A stretch of DNA of 43,390 nt, taken from NCBI GenBank assembly GCA_050701655.1, contig JBOGDG010000001.1, positions 1 to 43,390 of the forward strand, given 5' to 3'. Of the stretch, positions 1 to 6,946 are shown in pieces. The translations under genes and the position numbers were made by a program. Under the pieces are notes generated by a model, which saw nothing but the letters and a program-made list of their open reading frames with translations, was not told the origin of the DNA and made no database searches. Numbering within the stretch: the first letter of the stretch is position 1; each line of letters opens with the position of its first letter. This DNA comes from Micromonosporaceae bacterium. GTDB taxonomy: Bacteria > Actinomycetota > Actinomycetes > Mycobacteriales > Micromonosporaceae.

Positions 1-267
1 GGTGCCGGCGATGCGCTCGCCGTCCGGGCCGGTGAGCAGCTGCCCGGTCGCCGCCGCCGCGAGCGCGGTCTGCCGGTCCATGGCGCGGGTGCCTTTCGGC
101 CCCAGCACCTCGCGGGCGCTGAATCCCGGCACCTCGCGGTCGGCGCCGGCGCTCCCGGCCTCCCGACCGCCGGCGACCACCCCGCTGTGTACGCCGGCGG
201 CGAAGTCCGCGCTGGTCAACCCGTACGGCGAGACCGCCGACCACCCGGAGATCACGGTACGAGTCAT
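1..267 (-). CDS. Ketosynthase-like partner subunit (KS-beta/chain-length-factor type), 5' part only; the gene runs off the left edge
   Basis: My own reverse translation from the ATG at 267-265 gives MTRTVISGWSAVSPYGLTSADFAAGVHSGVVAGG...GPKGTRAMDRQTALAAAATGQLL. This N-terminus is typical of the second KS-like subunit of discrete (type II) ketosynthase pairs. Its ATG overlaps the upstream KS stop (ATGA, 264-267). It is absent from the ORF track because it is open at the window edge. Confidence 0.6.
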   Translation of the reverse strand, partial: MTRTVISGWSAVSPYGLTSADFAAGVHSGVVAGGREAGSAGADREVPGFSAREVLGPKGTRAMDRQTALAAAATGQLLTGPDGERIAGT

Positions 268-1496
268 GCCCGGTCCTCGCATCGGCTCAGGATCAGCACA
301 GCGTTGTTGCCGCCGAACGCCAGCGCGTTGTTCTGCACCACCCGCAGGTCGGCCTCGACCGCCGTGTTCGGTACGCAGTCCACCGGGCACTCGGGGTCGG
401 TCTCGACGTGATTGATCGTCGGCGGGATGAAGCCGTGGGTGAGCGCCAGCGCGCAGCCGGCCGCGGCCAGTGCGCTCGCCGCGCCGAGGGCGTGCCCCAG
501 CATCGACTTCATCGACACCGTACGGGGCGGCGTGTCCCCGTACACCTGGCGGATGGCGCCCACCTCGACCACGTCGTTGGCCTTGGTGGCGGTGCCGTGC
601 GCGGAGATCAGGTCGACCTCGTCGGGGCTTACCCCGGCGTCCTGGAGCGCCGAGGCGATGCAGCGGGCGACGCTGTCCTGGTTCGGCGCCACCGGGTGGT
701 CGGCGTCGCAGTTGAGGCCGAACCCGGTCAGCTCGGCGTAGTTCCGGGCGCCGCGGGCCCGCGCCGACTCCAGCTCCTCGACCAGCAGCACCCCCGCGCC
801 CTCGCCGGTCAGCATGCCGCCGCGGTCCTTGTCGAACGGCTGGCACCGTTCGGGCGCCATCGCGCCCAGCCGGTAGAAGCCGGCGACCGTCTTGCGGCAC
901 AGCGCGTCGGCGCCGCCGCACACCGCGAAGCTGACCTCGCCGGCCCGGATCGCGTCGACCGCGTTGCCGATCGCGTAGTTGCCCGCCGCGCAGGCGGTGG
1001 GGATCGTGACCGCCTCGACGTCGGTGAGCCCCAGCTCGCGGGCGACCGCGGCGGAGAGTCGGCCGGCGCTGATCCGGCGGGCGATCGTGCGGTCGCGGCT
1101 GTCGGGGCCGCCGGTGACCTCCTGCTCCACCAGCCGGTCCAGCTCGCGGGTCTCGCCGTTGGTGGTGCCGATCGCGACCATGCCGCGCCGCCCGGCCAGC
1201 TCGGCGCCGCCCACCCCGGCATCGGTGAGCGCCATCCGGGCCCCGGCGACCGCGAACTGGCTGGCCCGGCCCAGCTCGCCGACGGGCAGCCGGGTGATCC
1301 ACGGCGCCGGGTCGAAGTCCACCACCTCGCAGGCGATGGAGTGCTCGTACCCGTCGGTAGGGAAGCCGGTGATCGGCTTCGCTCCGTTGCGGCCGGCGCG
1401 CAGCCCGGCGAGGAAGTCATCGGTACCGACGCCGATGCTGGAGATCACGCCGAGCCCGGTCACCACGACCCGGCGCGCTCGGTGTACGGCGGGCAT
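264..1496 (-). CDS. Beta-ketoacyl-ACP synthase (KAS I/II, FabF-like elongating ketosynthase)
   Basis: Part of ORF 264..1718(-). The likely start is the ATG at 1496 (MPAVHRARRVVVTGLGVISSIG). Motifs present: TACAAGN (active-site Cys), DADHPVAP and SAHGTATKAND (the two His), and a GFGGNNA-type C-terminus. It lies 5 nt downstream of the ACP gene. Confidence 0.9.
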   Translation of the reverse strand: MPAVHRARRVVVTGLGVISSIGVGTDDFLAGLRAGRNGAKPITGFPTDGYEHSIACEVVDFDPAPWITRLPVGELGRASQFAVAGARMALTDAGVGGAELAGRRGMVAIGTTNGETRELDRLVEQEVTGGPDSRDRTIARRISAGRLSAAVARELGLTDVEAVTIPTACAAGNYAIGNAVDAIRAGEVSFAVCGGADALCRKTVAGFYRLGAMAPERCQPFDKDRGGMLTGEGAGVLLVEELESARARGARNYAELTGFGLNCDADHPVAPNQDSVARCIASALQDAGVSPDEVDLISAHGTATKANDVVEVGAIRQVYGDTPPRTVSMKSMLGHALGAASALAAAGCALALTHGFIPPTINHVETDPECPVDCVPNTAVEADLRVVQNNALAFGGNNAVLILSRCEDRA

Positions 1497-1501
1497 CGCG
1501 C

Positions 1502-1765
1502 TCAGCTGGCCTGCTCCCAGCCCGCGGCCTCGGCCACGACGGCGTACACCCCGGCGAGGTTGACCATGCGGACCAGGTTGGTCTCGTCGATCTTGATCTC
1601 GAAGGCCTGCTCCAGCCACGCCACGATCTCGACCATCGCCATCGAGTCGGCGCCGTGGTCTTCCCGGAACAGGCTTTCGTCGGTGAGCTCGTCCGGCTCG
1701 ATCTCCAGGACCTCGCACACGACGTCCCTGACCTGCTGCCTGCGATCCTCGATAGTCCCGGTCAC
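1502..1765 (-). CDS. Acyl carrier protein
   Basis: This is the C-terminal 87 aa of ORF 1502..2116(-): VTGTIEDRRQQVRDVVCEVLEIEPDELTDESLFREDHGADSMAMVEIVAWLEQAF. The D-S-M motif is the phosphopantetheine Ser. GTG start at 1765, preceded by GAAGGG. Confidence 0.85.
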   Translation of the reverse strand: MTGTIEDRRQQVRDVVCEVLEIEPDELTDESLFREDHGADSMAMVEIVAWLEQAFEIKIDETNLVRMVNLAGVYAVVAEAAGWEQAS

Positions 1766-1831
1766 GAGGTCACCGCCCTTCCGACCGACAACGCGGGCAC
1801 CGATCGAATCTAGGGTGACGCCGGAGTAGCC

Positions 1832-1882
1832 GCTACCACGGTGGCAGGTAGCTGCCGCGCCCGTAGGTCGGGTGGCTACGGG
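1832..1882. promoter_or_regulatory. Two inverted repeats in the divergent promoter region between the ACP and EamA operons
   Basis: IR1 is GCTACC (1832-1837) with GGTAGC (1847-1852), and has an inner CCACgGTGG palindrome. IR2 is CCCGTAG (1860-1866) with CTACGGG (1876-1882), spacer 9 nt. Read directly from the sequence. The regulatory role is inferred. Confidence 0.3.
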
Positions 1883-1992
1883 CCGGTGTCGGGGCGGAGT
1901 CCTGGCATCTTCCTGCCAGCCGGGTCGGAGCGCGCCGGGATCCGGTGATGATGGGCGACAACCGCCCGCAATTAGGAGGCGCGAACAGCCGC

Positions 1993-3018
1993 ATGGAACC
2001 AGCGACCGGAACCCGGCCCCGTACCGAACGGCTGGCGTTGCTGGCCGCGGGCGTGACGGTGGTGCTCTGGGGGTCGGCGTTCGTATCGATCCGCAGCGCC
2101 GCCGCCAGCTACTCACCCGGTGCCCTCGCGCTGGGCCGGCTGCTGTTGGCCAGCGCGGTACTCGGCGTGATCGTGACTGTACGCCGCGAGGGCTGGCCGG
2201 TACGGGCCGCCTGGCCGGGGATCATCGGCTCCGGCGTGCTGTGGTTCGGCGTCTACATGGTGGCGCTGAACTGGGGCGAGCAGAGTGTCGACGCCGGCAC
2301 CGCCTCCATGGTGGTCGGCATCGGGCCGCTGCTGGTGGCGCTGCTCGCCGGCTGGCTGCTCAAGGAGGGGTTCAGCAGCCGGCTGCTGGCCGGTATTGCG
2401 GTGGCGTTCGCCGGTGTCGTACTGGTCGGCCTGTCGATGTCCGAGGGCGGCCGGTCGTCGGTGGTGGGCGTACTGCTCTGTGTGGTCGCCGCGGTGTCGC
2501 TGGCCGGCGGCGTGGTGGCGCAGAAGCCCGCGCTGCGGCACGGCTCGCCGTGGCAGATCACCACGTTCGGAGCGGTGGTCGGGGCGATCGCCTGCCTGCC
2601 GTTCTCCGGCTCGCTGCTGTCGGGCCTCGCCGAGGCGCCGCTGTCGGCCACCCTCAACATGGTCTACCTCGGGCTGTTCCCGACCGCGCTGGCGTTCACC
2701 ACCTGGGCATACGCGGTGACGCACAGCACCACCGGCAAGATGGCGGCGACCACGTACGCCATCCCCGCCGTCGCGGTGCTGCTCTCGTGGGCGTTCCTGG
2801 GTGAGGTGCCCGGCTCGCTCACGCTGCTCGGCGGTGCGTTGTGCGTCGCCGGGGTGGTGGTCGCCCAGGGCAGCGGCGCCCGCCCCGCGAAGCCCGCGAC
2901 CGAAGCGAGCGCGGCCGACGCGGGCCCCGGGGCCAAGCCAGACGCCGCGACCGAGGTGGAGGCCGAGGCCGGGCGGGTGCCCGACGAGTCCCCCGTGGTG
3001 GCGAAGGACCAGGCGTGA
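1993..3018 (+). CDS. EamA/DMT-family transporter (putative exporter)
   Basis: ORF 1945..3018. The protein has about ten hydrophobic helices and the N-terminal motif LWGSAFVSIR, typical of the EamA family. ATG 1993 is preceded by AGGAGG (1974-1979, 13-nt spacer). The alternative start GTG 1945 would place an in-frame TTA codon at 1972. The stop overlaps the next gene start (GTGA). Confidence 0.8.
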   Translation: MEPATGTRPRTERLALLAAGVTVVLWGSAFVSIRSAAASYSPGALALGRLLLASAVLGVIVTVRREGWPVRAAWPGIIGSGVLWFGVYMVALNWGEQSVDAGTASMVVGIGPLLVALLAGWLLKEGFSSRLLAGIAVAFAGVVLVGLSMSEGGRSSVVGVLLCVVAAVSLAGGVVAQKPALRHGSPWQITTFGAVVGAIACLPFSGSLLSGLAEAPLSATLNMVYLGLFPTALAFTTWAYAVTHSTTGKMAATTYAIPAVAVLLSWAFLGEVPGSLTLLGGALCVAGVVVAQGSGARPAKPATEASAADAGPGAKPDAATEVEAEAGRVPDESPVVAKDQA

Positions 3019-3866
3019 CCTCGGGGGTCGACGCGCGCTGGTTCCGGTACGAGGGCGGGGAGCCGACGGCCCCCGTACGGATCTTCTGCTTCCCCCACGG
3101 CGGCGGCGACCCCAGGGCGTACGCCGAGTGGCAGCCGCACCTGGACGGCACCGCCGACCTGCTGGCGGTACGGGTTCCCGGTCGGGGCTGCCGCGGCGAC
3201 GAGACCCCGCCGGGGAGCATCGCCGAGCTGGCCGACCAGGCGGCGGAGGCGGTTGCGGCGGCGGCGGACCGGCCGAGCTACCTGTTCGGGCACAGTCTCG
3301 GCGGGCTGGTGGGGTTCGAGGTAGCGCGCCGGCTGCGACACCTGCCGGAGCTGCGGCACCTGGTCGCCTCCGGCTGTGCCCCGCCGTCGCTGCTGCCCAC
3401 CGACTACCTGCGCTGGGCGGCGCAGCTCGACGGCCCCGCCTTCGCCCAGGCGATGGGGACCTTCGAGGGCATGTCGCCGGAGATCGTCGCGGATCCGGAG
3501 CTGCAGGAGCTGCTGCTGCCGGACCTGCGGACCGATTGCGTGCTGATCGCCGGGTACGCGTACCGGCCGGCGCCCCGGTTGGCGATCGGCCTCACGCTGG
3601 TCAACGGGCGGGATGACTGGCGGGTCGGCGACGACCTGCTCGGTCCGTGGCGCCACGAGGTGGTCGCCGAGCCGGCCCGGCACTGGCGCGACGGTGGCCA
3701 CTTCTACTTCGCCGACCGGCCCGCGGCGGTGCTCGACGTACTCCGCGCTCTGATCGCCGCCGACTCCGCCGGCCCCGGCACCGCCAAGGCCGACCCCGGC
3801 ACGGCCGAAGCCGACCCCGCCGGCGCAGGCACTTCCGAAGCCGACCACCACGTCGAGCTGATCTAG
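3015..3866 (+). CDS. Type II thioesterase (alpha/beta hydrolase)
   Basis: From ORF 2841..3866, with GTG 3015 overlapping the EamA stop. Motifs: IFCFPHGGGDPRAY, GHSLGG (nucleophile elbow) and a late GGHFY. These are typical of editing or releasing TEII enzymes in PKS/NRPS loci. Confidence 0.85.
   Translation: MTSGVDARWFRYEGGEPTAPVRIFCFPHGGGDPRAYAEWQPHLDGTADLLAVRVPGRGCRGDETPPGSIAELADQAAEAVAAAADRPSYLFGHSLGGLVGFEVARRLRHLPELRHLVASGCAPPSLLPTDYLRWAAQLDGPAFAQAMGTFEGMSPEIVADPELQELLLPDLRTDCVLIAGYAYRPAPRLAIGLTLVNGRDDWRVGDDLLGPWRHEVVAEPARHWRDGGHFYFADRPAAVLDVLRALIAADSAGPGTAKADPGTAEADPAGAGTSEADHHVELI
3773..3844 (+). repeat. Imperfect 21-nt tandem repeat in the 3' tail of the thioesterase gene
   Basis: The units are ccccggcaccgccaaggccga (3773-3793) and ccccggcacggccgaagccga (3794-3814), 18/21 identical. 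A longer third unit ends in gaagccga. The repeat encodes PGTAKAD/PGTAEAD/..GTSEAD. Confidence 0.7.
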
Positions 3867-3875
3867 GAGTCGATC

Positions 3876-4796
3876 ATGGACGGCGACCTCGGGCGACCGG
3901 TGTTCCTGACCACGCCGCGGTACGTGATCGGGGAGATCGAGGAGGACCATGCCGCGGTGGTCAACCTCGCCGAGCGGATCGCGGAGCTGCGGATCCTGCC
4001 GCGGGCCGACTTCTGGGGCTGGGGGAAGATCCGGCGTACTGGCAAGGACATCGCGGCGCTGGCGGTGGAGAGCGGCGCGGCGACGCTGCGCGCCGCGGGT
4101 GGCCCCGAAGTGGACGCGCTGGTGCTGTGCTCGAGCACCTTTCCGGAGGGTACGGGCAGCCACGGCACGCTGGCCCAGACGGTGCTCACGGGCCTGGGGC
4201 TCGACGACGTGGACTTCTTCGGCGTGACCCTGCACAGCTGCGCGAACCTGCTCTCCGGCGTCCAGACCGCCGACGCGATGGTGGCGAGCGGCCGCTACCG
4301 CAGCGTGCTCGTCATCGGCGCCGACCGGGTCACCGACGAACGGATCCGGATGGAGAAGTTCGCGCTGTTCAGCGACGGCGCCGCGAGCGCGCTGGTGACC
4401 GCCGACCAGGGCGACTTCGCGCTGGAGGGCTGTGCGGCGGCGCACAGCGTACGGGAGCTGGACTGGTCCAGCGAGATCAGCTCCGATCTGGCCCGCCGGG
4501 TCAACGAGCGGCTGCACAAGCGCACCGGCGTGGCGCTGGAGGAGGTTCGCGGGCTGCTGCACGCCAACATCTTCAAGCCGATCATCGTGCTCAAGGAGAT
4601 GCAGGCCGGCTTCACCGGCGCGCAGCTCTACACCGACAACATCGCCCGGCTCGGCCACTGCTTCGCCGCGGATCCGCTGATCAATCTAGTCGACCGGATG
4701 GCGGCCGGGGAGATCGAGGACGACGCCCACTACATGCTGGCGTCCAGCGTGCCGGGGATCCGGATCGCCGCCGTACTGAGGAAAGTGCCGCGATGA
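3876..4796 (+). CDS. KASIII (FabH)-like thiolase-fold enzyme
   Basis: ORF 3876..4796, with AGGAG 6 nt upstream of the ATG. FGVTLHSCANLLSGVQTADAMVASGRYRSVLVIGAD aligns by eye with the FabH Cys112 region. FSDGAASALV, LLHANIF (His) and ARLGHCFAADP (the FabH Asn position reads His) are also present. Confidence 0.75.
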   Translation: MDGDLGRPVFLTTPRYVIGEIEEDHAAVVNLAERIAELRILPRADFWGWGKIRRTGKDIAALAVESGAATLRAAGGPEVDALVLCSSTFPEGTGSHGTLAQTVLTGLGLDDVDFFGVTLHSCANLLSGVQTADAMVASGRYRSVLVIGADRVTDERIRMEKFALFSDGAASALVTADQGDFALEGCAAAHSVRELDWSSEISSDLARRVNERLHKRTGVALEEVRGLLHANIFKPIIVLKEMQAGFTGAQLYTDNIARLGHCFAADPLINLVDRMAAGEIEDDAHYMLASSVPGIRIAAVLRKVPR

Positions 4797-6946
4797 TGGC
4801 GCACGGCTTCACGCTTCCGGACACGCTGACCTGCTCGCCGCTGGCACGGTGGGAGTTCAGCCCCGCCACCCGCGACCGGGCGGCGGCGGTGCTCGCCGGC
4901 GGCCCGGAGGCGATCCTGGCGCACCTGCTCACCGACCAGGAGTCGGAGTCCTGCCTGCTCACCGCCAAAACGGTGGTCGACGCCTTCCTGGCCCAAGCAC
5001 CACCCGCCCCCGACGAGATCGTCGCTACGACCCGCGAGCAGCTGGTACGCCAGCTCGCCCCACTGACCACTCTGGAGCCCGAGCTGCGGGAGGCGGTGCT
5101 GCGGCAGCGCGCCCCGATCAGCCTGGCCGGCGGCTGCTGGCTGGACGTGGTCTCGCAGCCCGCCACCCAGCCGTCGGTGATCGTCAACGACCTGTTCCGG
5201 CAGCACTACCGGCTGAAGGGCGAGGGGAGCACCCAGCGCTCGGCGTACCACCGGCGGAAACGGACGCTTGAGGAGAACGGCGTCGAGCTGCCCGAGCTCA
5301 CCGCGAGCGACTTCGGGCGGCGGGCGCACACCCGGCCGCTGACCGCGCTGCACACCGTGTTCTACGTGGCGCTGTCGCGGCTGCCGGCCAGCTACCTCCC
5401 CGAGGTGATCGGGGTGCACTACGCGTTCCACGCGCTCGGGGTGGACGACCTGCTCACCGGTGACGACCCGGTGCTGGACCCGGACGAGCCGCGCGCCGTG
5501 CTGGACCGGTACCTGCTGCTGTGCGGGGACGCCGAGCGGCGCCGGCTGCACGCCGCCGTGGCGCTCACCACGCGGCTGGAGACCGAGCACGTCGCGCTGC
5601 TCACCGAGCTCGCCGACTGGTTCGCCGGGCTGTCGCGGGACGCGAAGGTCGCGGCGATCATCGCCCGGCACGCCCCGTACGCCGGGCGCCAGCACGGCCG
5701 GGTACGGGTCGGCGGCGAGCCGCTCACCGAGACGTTCGCCGACCCGGAGTTCGACCTGACCGCCTTCCTGATCCGGCTGCGCCGCTCCCGCCAGCTCAAG
5801 CCGCTGCCGTCCGGCGGGTGCCGGCTGCTGAACGCGATCCGGTTCGGGGGGCCGATGTTCGGCATCTTCGACGAGCGGGAGGCGGCGACGCTGCGGGAGT
5901 GGGTGGCGGCGGTGCAGGCGGGCAGCCCGGAGCCGACCGAGCTGCCGGTCAACAGGGTGGGCGACGAAGCGGCTCGCCACTGGTCCGACGCGATCGCCGG
6001 CTGCCGACCCGCGGGCGTGGCGTACGCCGATCCCGCGCACCACGACGAGCGCGAGCTGTTCTACCGGCTGGTCAACATCGAGCACTTCCCGAACACGCTC
6101 GCCCAGGCCCGGCACCGGGCCGAGACCGTGCTCGCCGACAGCGAGCTGCTGTTCGCGCACGGCGGCGACGGCGTCTACAGCGACGTCAGCTGGTTCGACT
6201 ACACCCCCGAGGCGCTGCTGGCCCGGGTCGACGACATCTACTGGGGCAAGCTGGTCGGGCCGTACCAGCCGCTCGCCGAGATCCCCGACCGGGACGAGGT
6301 GATCTTCGGGCAGACGCTGCTCGCGCTGGCGGCGCTGGTGGACGGCGCGTGGGCGTACCGGATCGGCAACCTGGGCCGCTACCAGCGGCGCAGCGACGGG
6401 CTGCTGCTCGGGGTGTACGCCGACGAGATGGGGCTCGGCGACGTACGCAAGAACCACATCACGCTGATCCGCCAGGTGCTCGACAACCTGGAGCTGCCGC
6501 TGCCACACATCCGCGACGCGGCGTTCCGCGACCAGGCCGAGCTGCCCGACACCACGTACGGGTATGCGCTGCACCAGCTGTGCCTCTCGCTGTCCCCCGA
6601 CACGCTCTACCAGGAGATCCTCGGCTTCAACCTGGGCATCGAGCTGTCCGGGCTGGGCCGGCAGCGGATGCACGAGGCCCAGAAGCTGCGCGCCCACGGG
6701 CTGGACACCACGTACGAGGACGTACACCTGTCGATCGACAACTTCTCCACCGGCCACGCCCGGCAGGCAGCCGACGCGATCGTGGTGTACCTCGACGACG
6801 TGGCGCGGGTCAGCGGCCCCGGCTCGGTGCAGGCCGAGTGGCGCCGGGTCTGGCGGGGCTACGCCAGCTTCGCGTTCTTCGCCGAGTACGAGCTGGTCAA
6901 GCGGCTCACCGAGAACGCCGGCGACGACGTCGAGCTGATGATCTGA
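4793..6946 (+). CDS. Tandem heme-oxygenase-like (iron-containing redox enzyme / HDO family) protein, 717 aa
   Basis: In-frame part of ORF 3647..6946, starting at ATG 4793 (ATGA overlap with the KASIII-like stop). The C-terminal half carries YADEMGLGDVRKNH (E-x9-H), GFNLGIELSG (E) and VHLSIDNFSTGH (H-x3-D-x5-H). This is the ligand pattern of the CADD/UndA/SznF-type diiron fold. The N-terminal half shows a weaker copy: KGEGSTQRSAYH, VIGVHYAFHALG and IARHAPYAGRQH. Confidence 0.6.
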   Translation: MMAHGFTLPDTLTCSPLARWEFSPATRDRAAAVLAGGPEAILAHLLTDQESESCLLTAKTVVDAFLAQAPPAPDEIVATTREQLVRQLAPLTTLEPELREAVLRQRAPISLAGGCWLDVVSQPATQPSVIVNDLFRQHYRLKGEGSTQRSAYHRRKRTLEENGVELPELTASDFGRRAHTRPLTALHTVFYVALSRLPASYLPEVIGVHYAFHALGVDDLLTGDDPVLDPDEPRAVLDRYLLLCGDAERRRLHAAVALTTRLETEHVALLTELADWFAGLSRDAKVAAIIARHAPYAGRQHGRVRVGGEPLTETFADPEFDLTAFLIRLRRSRQLKPLPSGGCRLLNAIRFGGPMFGIFDEREAATLREWVAAVQAGSPEPTELPVNRVGDEAARHWSDAIAGCRPAGVAYADPAHHDERELFYRLVNIEHFPNTLAQARHRAETVLADSELLFAHGGDGVYSDVSWFDYTPEALLARVDDIYWGKLVGPYQPLAEIPDRDEVIFGQTLLALAALVDGAWAYRIGNLGRYQRRSDGLLLGVYADEMGLGDVRKNHITLIRQVLDNLELPLPHIRDAAFRDQAELPDTTYGYALHQLCLSLSPDTLYQEILGFNLGIELSGLGRQRMHEAQKLRAHGLDTTYEDVHLSIDNFSTGHARQAADAIVVYLDDVARVSGPGSVQAEWRRVWRGYASFAFFAEYELVKRLTENAGDDVELMI

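Noticed and set aside
408-1829. Plus-strand ORF 408..1829 (473 aa) and other ORFs overlapping the KS and ACP genes
   Set aside because: They are antisense to a ketosynthase with intact Cys-His-His motifs. Their composition is low-complexity Arg/Gly/Ala with no recognisable domain.
3647-4792. N-terminal 382 aa of the 1099-aa ORF 3647..6946. The same applies to the long upstream extensions of ORFs 5521..8097, 24866..26875, 26497..27642, 35777..39337 and 31757..32827.
   Set aside because: The extensions overlap well-supported upstream genes in another frame and are Arg/Pro-rich. Internal starts with ATGA/GTGA coupling or an SD give proteins of normal family length.
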